Positions 1-5,982 of a stretch of DNA of 24,000 nt are shown one piece after another (positions within the stretch are counted from its first letter, which is position 1; every line of letters starts with the position of its first letter). The translations under genes and the position numbers were made by a program. Origin of the DNA: Devosia yakushimensis (GTDB lineage Bacteria; Pseudomonadota; Alphaproteobacteria; Rhizobiales; Devosiaceae); assembly GCF_030159855.1 (NCBI RefSeq), contig NZ_BSNG01000004.1, positions 286,541 to 310,540 of the forward strand. The letters are read 5' to 3'. The notes below the pieces were generated by a model that was not told the DNA's origin, ran no database searches, and was given only the letters and a program-made list of their open reading frames with translations.

Positions 1-221
1 TTGTGCAGCGCATCTGGCAGCACAGAAACGAGGTCGTTCCGAGCTTTACCAAGCGGTACCACCTGCATCGGCTGGTTTATTTTGAGGAGCACCAGACCAT
101 TTATCGCGCCATGCAGCGCGAACGCACCATGAAGCATTGGAAGGCGGAGTGGAAGGTGGCCCTGATCGAAGAGGCCAATCCCGAATGGGATGATCTCTAT
201 TGGGGAATAGCTGCCGGTTAA
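1..221 (+). CDS. GIY-YIG nuclease family protein (small UPF0213-like), C-terminal part; gene starts upstream of window
   Basis: The frame is open from the window edge to TAA 219-221. The translation RIWQHRNEVVPSFTKRYHLHRLVYFEEHQTIYRAMQRERTMKHWKAEWKVALIEEANPEWDDLY fits the conserved WQH..G....FT.+Y....LVY.E......A..RE+..K.W.R.WK..LIE..NP.W.DL pattern of small GIY-YIG proteins. The GTG at 3 is probably internal. Confidence 0.7.
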   Translation, partial: VQRIWQHRNEVVPSFTKRYHLHRLVYFEEHQTIYRAMQRERTMKHWKAEWKVALIEEANPEWDDLYWGIAAG

Positions 222-238
222 GCGGCGCCCGATAGAGA

Positions 239-259
239 CCCGCGGATCAAGTCCGCGGG
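239..259. terminator. Perfect 8-bp-stem hairpin between convergent genes (possible bidirectional terminator)
   Basis: CCCGCGGA-TCAAG-TCCGCGGG lies between the GIY-YIG stop (221) and the thiF/moeB-like stop (293). There is no T-run, so terminator function is uncertain. A second imperfect hairpin lies at about 272-296. Confidence 0.3.
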
Positions 260-292
260 AGGCGGCGGTGAGGAGGGGACCTTGTGGCCCCC

Positions 293-1006
293 TCAATACG
301 AAAACTCGGCAAACCGCGCATCCTTGCCGTCATAGGTCAGCACCCGGCCGACCAGGGGGGTGCCGATGCCGGTGATGAGCTTGATGGCTTCCATGGCCAT
401 CAGCGTGCCGATTACCCCGGTGAGTGGGCCCAATATGCCGGTGGCCTCGCAGCTTGGCAGGTCGGCGTCGTCGGCGTCTTCGGGGTAAAGCGCGGCAAAG
501 CCCGGGCCGCCCGGCGCGAATACCGTGACCTGGCCGTCAAACATCGAGACCGCGCCTGAGACCAAGGGCTTGCCCAGCCGCTCTGCGGCGCCGGCCACGA
601 TGCGGCGGGTGGCAAGATTGTCCGTGCCGTCCAGCACCAGATCATAGGCGCCCACCAGGCGCTCCACATTGCTCGCGTCGAGCCGCTCGGCATGGGGCAC
701 CACGCCCACATGCGGGTTGAGCGCCCCGGCAAATCCGGCAGCGCTGGCGACCTTGCCCACGCCGATCCCGGCTGTGGTGTGGATCACCTGCCGCTGCAGG
801 TTGGACAGCGAAACCGTATCGTGATCGACAATGCCCAGCGCGCCGACACCCGCGCCCGCGAGATAGGCGATGACGGGGCTGCCCAGGCCCCCCGCGCCCA
901 CCACCAGCACGCGGGCGCGTTGCAAGGCCTGCTGGCCGGCGCCGCCCATGCCCTTGAGCACCAGGTGCCGGGCATAGCGGCGGCTTTCTTCGAGCGAGAA
1001 ACTCAT
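293..1006 (-). CDS. ThiF/MoeB/HesA-family E1-like adenylyltransferase
   Basis: 237-aa ORF with RYARHLVL, the nucleotide-binding loop VLVVGAGGLGSP, an LQRQ motif and a conserved catalytic-loop Cys (LPSCEATGILGPLTG). Its ATG (1006-1004) overlaps the TGA of the upstream gene as ATGA. Confidence 0.85.
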   Translation of the reverse strand: MSFSLEESRRYARHLVLKGMGGAGQQALQRARVLVVGAGGLGSPVIAYLAGAGVGALGIVDHDTVSLSNLQRQVIHTTAGIGVGKVASAAGFAGALNPHVGVVPHAERLDASNVERLVGAYDLVLDGTDNLATRRIVAGAAERLGKPLVSGAVSMFDGQVTVFAPGGPGFAALYPEDADDADLPSCEATGILGPLTGVIGTLMAMEAIKLITGIGTPLVGRVLTYDGKDARFAEFSY

Positions 1007-1722
1007 TTTTCGCCCAGCGGCACGGCGATGAAGCGCCGGTCGGGTCCCTCAAAACCCCCCGGATAGACCGCGATAATGGCGACGGCCTCCTCGATCGCCT
1101 GCGCCCAGAGGGGCTGCACCACGCCATAGAGCCGGTATTCCTGGGCGCAGCCGCGCGATTCGGGAATGGCGGTCTCGTCATGGAGCACGCGCTCGTCCAG
1201 TGACAGCATGAAACCCAGGGGCGGCATGCCGAACCAGTCGGCGCAGGGCAGGGGCGAGGTGGCGACGTGGCTGGCCAGGGTCAACATATGATCGCCCCGC
1301 GGCTCGTCGCGCCCGAAGCCGGGCAGGCCGAACCGGAACTGGCCCGGATTGGTGCCCAGCGCGCCATCGCCATTGAGCGCCAGCACCTCCACCGGCATCT
1401 CGATCTCAAGCCGGTCGAGCACGGGCTGGGCCTGTTTGCGCGCCCGCGCCCTGACCTCATTGAGGCCGATATTTTCATTGTCCACCCGGATGCGGACCGG
1501 CGTGCCCCGGACCCATTTATCGGCCGCCATGTCGATCACATAGAGATCGGCATAGGCAAAGCCCGACCCATCCTGAATGCCGAATTCCTCGAAGGCGAAA
1601 TAGGCGCCGTTCCCGGAAAAGCCGATGAAATTGACGCCGGCCCGGTCCCCGGCCCAGGCGGGTTGGGCCAGGACCATGAGGGCCAGCAGGCCAATGGCGA
1701 TTTTGACGGTTTTCGACAGCAT
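1003..1722 (-). CDS. Secreted protein of unknown function, DUF2259-like (paralogue 1)
   Basis: 239 aa with signal peptide MLSKTVKIAIGLLALMVLAQPAWA|GDRAG. A GGAG lies 8 nt upstream of the ATG. It is clearly homologous to the adjacent ORF 1755-2516, sharing the blocks GAYFAF.EFGIQ.GSGFAYA, ESRGC and GFEGPDRRF..VPLG. The family assignment is from memory and needs HMM confirmation. Confidence 0.8.
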   Translation of the reverse strand: MLSKTVKIAIGLLALMVLAQPAWAGDRAGVNFIGFSGNGAYFAFEEFGIQDGSGFAYADLYVIDMAADKWVRGTPVRIRVDNENIGLNEVRARARKQAQPVLDRLEIEMPVEVLALNGDGALGTNPGQFRFGLPGFGRDEPRGDHMLTLASHVATSPLPCADWFGMPPLGFMLSLDERVLHDETAIPESRGCAQEYRLYGVVQPLWAQAIEEAVAIIAVYPGGFEGPDRRFIAVPLGEK

Positions 1723-1754
1723 GCAATTGCTCCAATCGGGGCGGCAAGACGATC

Positions 1755-2516
1755 CTACTGGCCCAGGGGCACCACGACAAAGCGCCGGTCCGGTCCTTCA
1801 AAGCCCATGGAATAGACCGAGACAATGGCGATCATGACCTCGGTCAGCTCCGGTGCAAAGGCCGCCAGATCATCGAACGGGGTCACCACGGCATAGAGCC
1901 TATAGGCCTGCGGGCAGCCCCGGCTTTCGGCAATGGCACTGTCGCGATAGACCTCGCGCGCTTTGCCATCCACGCTGAGGTTGAGGGCAAAGCCCCAGAC
2001 ATGACGCTCGCCCCAGGCGGCGCATTCGGGCGGCTCGATGCCCTGGCTGACATCGGACAGCGATAATTTGTAGACCTGGTCAGGCGCGCTCATGCCATAG
2101 CCGGGTCGGCCAAAGCGCAGGGTTTGGTCGTCAGTGTCCAAGGCGCCATCGCCCTTGAGCGCCAGGATATCGGCGGGGTGGCCGATCTCCAGCCGGTCCA
2201 GCAGCGGCCGGGCCTGTTCCAGCGCTGCGGCCCGGACGGCAGCAATCGTCACGCGCTCGTCCTCGACGCGGATTTCGACCGGCATGCCCTCGGCTTCCGT
2301 CCCGCTCGCCAGCTCGATCACATGCAGATTGGCATAGGCAAAGCCCGAGCCCTCCTGGATGCCGAACTCAGCGAAGGCGAAATAGGCGCCATCTTCGGAA
2401 AAGCCGACGAAGTCGATCCCTGCCCGGTCCCCGGCCTGGGCCGCCGGCATCAGGGCCATGAGGACAATAAGACCGGCGGCCAATCGGGCCATGAACGCTT
2501 TTGCCATCATTCCCAT
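1755..2516 (-). CDS. Secreted protein of unknown function, DUF2259-like (paralogue 2)
   Basis: The longest ORF reaches 2582 but would overlap the dut 3' end. The ATG at 2516 is preceded by AGGGAGG/GGAGGA and yields MGMMAKAFMARLAAGLIVLMALMPAAQA|GDRAG, a signal peptide. It shares the conserved blocks of ORF 1003-1722. Confidence 0.8.
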   Translation of the reverse strand: MGMMAKAFMARLAAGLIVLMALMPAAQAGDRAGIDFVGFSEDGAYFAFAEFGIQEGSGFAYANLHVIELASGTEAEGMPVEIRVEDERVTIAAVRAAALEQARPLLDRLEIGHPADILALKGDGALDTDDQTLRFGRPGYGMSAPDQVYKLSLSDVSQGIEPPECAAWGERHVWGFALNLSVDGKAREVYRDSAIAESRGCPQAYRLYAVVTPFDDLAAFAPELTEVMIAIVSVYSMGFEGPDRRFVVVPLGQ

Positions 2517-2544
2517 GCTCCTCCGGCCTCCCTTGTCTGGACCG

Positions 2545-3024
2545 CTAGAGACCCGTACCCGTCGAGCCGAACCCGCCGCCACCGCGCTCGGTGCTGCGGC
2601 TGAATTGCTCGACCAGGGCGAAGCTTGGGCGCAGCACCGGCACGAAGATCATCTGGGCGATTCGCTCGCCCGGCACGATTTCGATGGGGTCGTGCCCCGG
2701 CGGATTGCGGTTCCAGACGCTGATCATGATCTCGGCCGTGTAATCGGCATCGATCAGACCCACGCTATTGCCCAGCACCAATCCGCGTCTATGGCCCGCG
2801 CCCGAACGGGGAATGATCATGGCGGCCATGCCCGGATCGCCCATCAGCATGGCAAAGCCCGAGGGCACCAGCACGGGCGCTTCCTGCGCGGCCACCAGAA
2901 TGGGTCTGTCGAGGCAGGCATGCAGGTCGACGGCGCCGGCCATTTCGGTCTGGTAGCGCGGCAGGCCCCATTGCTGCAGCCGGGGATCGAGTATCTTGAT
3001 TTCGACGCTGCCGCGCTCCGCCAT
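2545..3024 (-). CDS. dut: dUTP diphosphatase (dUTPase)
   Basis: dUTPase motifs are present: AGAVDL, IPRSG, GLIDADYTAEI, RIAQMI and the C-terminal RGGGGFGSTG. I chose the start at MAERGSVEIK (ATG 3024-3022). The 33-aa upstream extension of the longest ORF (to 3123) has no homology-like content and approaches a repeat element. Confidence 0.92.
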   Translation of the reverse strand: MAERGSVEIKILDPRLQQWGLPRYQTEMAGAVDLHACLDRPILVAAQEAPVLVPSGFAMLMGDPGMAAMIIPRSGAGHRRGLVLGNSVGLIDADYTAEIMISVWNRNPPGHDPIEIVPGERIAQMIFVPVLRPSFALVEQFSRSTERGGGGFGSTGTGL

Positions 3025-3127
3025 GGCCTGTTCCTGTTCTCGGGTTCCTAAGCTCTTGTCGCAATATGCAGGCAGGGGCAAGGGGCCATTTCGGCGAGTG
3101 AGGTTGGTGGTCCCGGCCCCCACATAA

Positions 3128-3228
3128 CCACCACGTCATTCCCGCGCAGACGGGAATCCACTCTTCCCGCAGGGTCCTCGAAAGCAGAATGGATTCCGGC
3201 CTGCGCCGGAATGACGTTGTGGGTTGGA
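3128..3228. repeat. Type-1 palindromic intergenic repeat (bipartite inverted repeat, REP/MITE-like), copy 1
   Basis: Left arm ACGTCATTCCCGCGCAGACGGGAATCCA, right arm TGGATTCCGGCCTGCGCCGGAATGACGT. Each arm contains its own hairpin. Related copies lie at 5217-5325, 15441-15545, 21524-21606 and 21757-21854. Confidence 0.85.
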
Positions 3229-3242
3229 TGGGCAACGGATGC

Positions 3243-3353
3243 CTCCCAACCACGATCGCCTTCCTCGGGCTCGACCCGAGGATCACTCGCCGCTTGTGCC
3301 GAATTACAAGTGGCCCTCGGGTCAAGCCCGAGGGAAGCGGCGGTGGGTGGGAG
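3243..3353. repeat. Type-2 intergenic repeat (two CCTCGGG-N5-CCCGAGG hairpins bounded by terminal inverted repeats), copy 1
   Basis: Termini are CTCCCAACCAC ... GTGGGTGGGAG. Internal hairpins are CCTCGGGCTCGACCCGAGG and CCCTCGGGTCAAGCCCGAGGG. A near-identical copy lies at 21621-21732. Confidence 0.85.
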
Positions 3354-3370
3354 ATGTTTGGCGGTCGCCC

Positions 3371-3859
3371 TCACCCCTCCTTGGGCCGCGCCAGCAATTT
3401 CTCGGTCATGCCGTCCTGCAAAGCGATGGTTTCCTCCAGCACTTCGGCAACCAGCAGCAATTCTGCGATGCCGCGCTTTTCGTAGATCTGCGCGCCGGCC
3501 TGGGCCAGCGGCTGATAGACCTGGGCGATGAGCGCTTCGGTGGCATCAGCCGCTTCCACCAGCACTTTGCGCCGGTCGAGCGGATCGGGGCGGCGGCGGA
3601 CAAAATTCCGCGCTTCCAGCCGATCGACCAGAGCCGTCACCGCCGCGGGGGTGAGCCGGGTGGCCCGGGCAATGGCGCTGGCCGTTTGCGGCCCGCTGGT
3701 GAGAAAGCTCAGGCATAGCCTTTCGGCGGGACCGAGCTGGAAAATCTCGCCCACCGTCTCGTCATAGCGCTGCGTCGCCTCCTGCCAGCGCACGATCAGC
3801 ACGCCAAGCTTGCCGATCAGCTCGGCCTTGTCCGGACTTGACTTATTTAGTTCGATCAT
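3371..3859 (-). CDS. MarR-family transcriptional regulator
   Basis: 162 aa with the winged-helix MarR signature LSFLTSGPQTASAIARATRLTPAAVTALVDRLEARNFVRRRPDPLDRRKVLVE. It is divergent from a monooxygenase gene. Confidence 0.88.
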   Translation of the reverse strand: MIELNKSSPDKAELIGKLGVLIVRWQEATQRYDETVGEIFQLGPAERLCLSFLTSGPQTASAIARATRLTPAAVTALVDRLEARNFVRRRPDPLDRRKVLVEAADATEALIAQVYQPLAQAGAQIYEKRGIAELLLVAEVLEETIALQDGMTEKLLARPKEG

Positions 3860-3926
3860 CTAATTATCATATCATCTAATAATTCGATTGTCGCATTATG
3901 TGGCGGCAGGGACGCAAGAGACAAGC
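3851..3926. promoter_or_regulatory. Divergent marR / monooxygenase control region with a putative MarR operator
   Basis: This is the most AT-rich stretch of the window. The 10-bp direct repeat ATCATCTAAT occurs at 3855-3864 and 3871-3880, flanked by TTCGAT (3851-3856, 3883-3888). An inverted repeat AATTAT (3862-3867) / ATAATT (3879-3884) is also present. On the minus strand, GCGACA-17 nt-TATGAT sits 6 nt before the marR ATG and there is no SD, so marR may be leaderless. Confidence 0.45.
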
Positions 3927-5123
3927 ATGAAAACACCGATTGCCATTGTCGGCGCAGGTTTTGCCGGATTGGCGCTGGCCATCGCGCTCGCCCGCAAGGG
4001 CTATTCCCCGCTCGTCATCGAGAAGCGGAGCGAACAGCAGCTTGCCGATGAGGGGATTTTCGTGACCCTGGCGCCCAACGGCATGAATGCCCTGCGCGGG
4101 CTGGGCCTCGCCGACAAGGCCCGAGCGGCCGGTGTCGAAACCCGCGGCATCGCCTTTTACAACGAACATGGCCGCGCCCTGGGTGCGCTCGATTATAACA
4201 GGCATGCCAAACGTTTCGCCGCTCCCTCGGTGACCATCCGCCGTGGCGCGCTGGGCACCGTCCTGCTCGAGGCGGCGCGGGCCGAAGCCGTGGCCATTCG
4301 CTTTGGCGCCGCCGTCGAGGCCGTCGAGGAGACCGGCTCCGAGGTCATCGTGACCACGGCCAATGGCACGAAGGACAGCTTTGACATGCTCATCGCCGCC
4401 GATGGGCTGCGCTCCGCCGTGCGCCGGCTGGTCATGCCCGGCCTGCCCGCGCCCATCTATAATGGCCTGCAGGGCAGCGGTGGCATTGTCGATGTGCCCG
4501 AGTTGCCCCCGACGGATGGGCGCATGCGCATGACCTTCGGAGAGAAGGCGTTTTTCGGCTATATCAAGGAGGCGGGCGGGCCGGTCTATTGGTTCGATAC
4601 CTTCCCTTCCGCCGATGAAAGCCGGGTCGAGACCGCCAATGGCGAGGATGTCCTGCGCCTGCTGGCCGATCTGCACCGGACCGATCCCGAGGTCAATCGG
4701 CGCATCATCGCGGCCACCGACCCCGCCACCATCCGCATCTATCCCGATTACGATATCCCCAGCCTCCCCCGCTGGTCGACCGACAGGGTCGTGCTGATCG
4801 GGGACGCCGCCCATGCCGTCACGCCCCATTCCGGCCAGGGCGCCTCCATGGCGCTGGAAGATGCGCTGGTGCTGGCCGCCGCCATCGAGGCCGAGGCAAG
4901 GCCCGCCAATGCCTTCGCCCGCTTTGAATCGCTGCGCCGCGCGCGGGTCGAGGCGGCGGTGCGCTTGGGCCGGCAGGGCGGCGCGCCCAAAAAGGCCCAG
5001 GGCTGGCTCGCCCTGCGCCTGCGCGACCTGCTGCTGCCGCTTTTCGTGCCGCTGGGGCAAAAAGCCCAGGAGCAATTGTTTGCCTATCGGGCCGACCTCA
5101 ACCCGCTATCCCCGCCCGTCTGA
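3927..5123 (+). CDS. FAD-dependent aromatic-ring monooxygenase (class A flavoprotein, salicylate-hydroxylase/UbiH-like)
   Basis: Contains the GxGxxG motif (IAIVGAGFAGLA), the DG motif (AADGLRSAVR) and the FAD/substrate motif IGDAAHAVTPHSGQGASMALEDA. The start was set at MKTPIAIVGAG (ATG 3927). The longest ORF starts at 3888. Confidence 0.88.
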   Translation: MKTPIAIVGAGFAGLALAIALARKGYSPLVIEKRSEQQLADEGIFVTLAPNGMNALRGLGLADKARAAGVETRGIAFYNEHGRALGALDYNRHAKRFAAPSVTIRRGALGTVLLEAARAEAVAIRFGAAVEAVEETGSEVIVTTANGTKDSFDMLIAADGLRSAVRRLVMPGLPAPIYNGLQGSGGIVDVPELPPTDGRMRMTFGEKAFFGYIKEAGGPVYWFDTFPSADESRVETANGEDVLRLLADLHRTDPEVNRRIIAATDPATIRIYPDYDIPSLPRWSTDRVVLIGDAAHAVTPHSGQGASMALEDALVLAAAIEAEARPANAFARFESLRRARVEAAVRLGRQGGAPKKAQGWLALRLRDLLLPLFVPLGQKAQEQLFAYRADLNPLSPPV

Positions 5124-5216
5124 CAGGCTCGGTTCCCCGAAATGGGGGAGGGTGAGGGAGCTTCCCGGCGGCGAGGGAGGCTCCCTCATTCAGTTTCCCC
5201 GCAATCGCGTTTTCCG

Positions 5217-5325
5217 CCCCACCCACCGCGTCATTCCCGCGCAGGCGGGAATCCACTCTTCCCGCTGCCCCCTTGGCAAAGACAGAATGGATTCCCGCCT
5301 GCGCGGGAATGACGTCGTGGTTGGG
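5217..5325. repeat. Type-1 palindromic intergenic repeat, copy 2
   Basis: CCCCACCCACCGCGTCATTCCCGCGCAGGCGGGAATCCACTCTTCCCGC ... CAGAATGGATTCCCGCCTGCGCGGGAATGACGTCGTGGTTGGGG, lying between convergent genes. A further 8-bp-stem hairpin GAGGGAGC...GCTCCCTC lies at 5154-5187. Confidence 0.85.
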
Positions 5326-5359
5326 GAAAGCGTTGCGGGCGTTTGGCGAGAACCAGCCC

Positions 5360-5947
5360 CTAAGGCGCCCGCACCACGGCGTAATATTCCACCGGAAATT
5401 GCCGCTTGCTGTCGAGCAGGTCGGAAAAGGGAATGACGATCTCCGCCGCGCCGTCGGGGGTCAATTCCATATTGGTCTCGGCAATGGCCAGCCCCGAAAA
5501 GCGCAGGGTGATGGCGCGTTTGGCGAGAATGCTGTCCAGCATCTGGCGGGTCTCCTCGTCCACGTCCTCGCCCATATCCAGTTCCGCCCGGATCGGCGCG
5601 GTCGGCACCGAAATGCGCACGAGGCCGGGGCCCGCGCTGCGGAAATGCACCGGCGTCTCATATTCGCCCAGGTCGAGCCCGGCAAAGCGTCCTTCCTGGG
5701 TGATCGTGCAGATGGCGCCGCCATCGTCCGTTTCGGTAAATTCGCCCTTGGAGCAGAATTGGTTATCCTTCGGCGGCGCATTCATCTTGAGCATGGCGTA
5801 GAAATCGCCGCTCATGGTCTGGGTCAGGCTCGCCCGCGCGGTTTCCGGGCTGGTGAGGGCGACATCGAGCTCGATATCGACGCAGCCGGTCAGCATCAGG
5901 GCCAACCCCGTGAGGGCAGCGAGCTTGCAAAGCATGTTCAGGGCCAT
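5360..5947 (-). CDS. Putative lipoprotein, unknown function
   Basis: Signal peptide with lipobox LALMLTG|C. The ATG at 5947 (MALNMLCKLAALTG...) is preceded by GAGGA at 5-nt spacing. The longest ORF starts 12 nt further upstream (5959). It is co-oriented with, and 23-35 nt downstream of, ubiB. Confidence 0.7.
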   Translation of the reverse strand: MALNMLCKLAALTGLALMLTGCVDIELDVALTSPETARASLTQTMSGDFYAMLKMNAPPKDNQFCSKGEFTETDDGGAICTITQEGRFAGLDLGEYETPVHFRSAGPGLVRISVPTAPIRAELDMGEDVDEETRQMLDSILAKRAITLRFSGLAIAETNMELTPDGAAEIVIPFSDLLDSKRQFPVEYYAVVRAP

Positions 5948-5982
5948 GGTCGTCCTCATGCAAATCGCCTGGGGCAGGCAAG

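Noticed and set aside
284-1181. Overlapping ORFs 284-559(+), 412-732(-), 642-1181(-), 692-1066(+) and 784-975(-)
   Set aside because: All are alternative frames within or across the thiF/moeB-like gene and its neighbour, with Arg/Pro/Gly-rich nonsense-like translations. The 293-1006 frame carries the family motifs.
2545-3123. N-terminal extensions of the longest ORFs: dut to 3123, ubiE to 8462, the DUF2259-like gene to 2582 and the small secreted ORF to 23735
   Set aside because: The extensions add sequence without homology-like content. They overlap neighbouring genes or repeat elements, and internal ATGs with better RBS or signal-peptide context give proteins of canonical length.
3048-3531. 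ORFs 3048-3374(-), 3189-3485(+), 3211-3531(+) and 3224-3718(+). Similar ORFs lie at 5273-6103, 15419-15640, 15439-15798, 21563-21889, 21618-21905 and 21718-22152.
   Set aside because: Their translations are read-throughs of the type-1 and type-2 repeats (VIPAQAGIH, DSGLRRND, SFPRKREP, LGLDPRI, GPRVKPEG). They have no RBS and overlap real genes or each other.
3876-5075. 399-aa minus-strand ORF antisense to the FAD monooxygenase
   Set aside because: Its Gly/Ala/Arg-rich translation has no recognisable motifs, and it lies entirely inside a gene with clear flavoprotein motifs on the other strand. This is a typical stop-codon-poor shadow frame of a high-GC genome.
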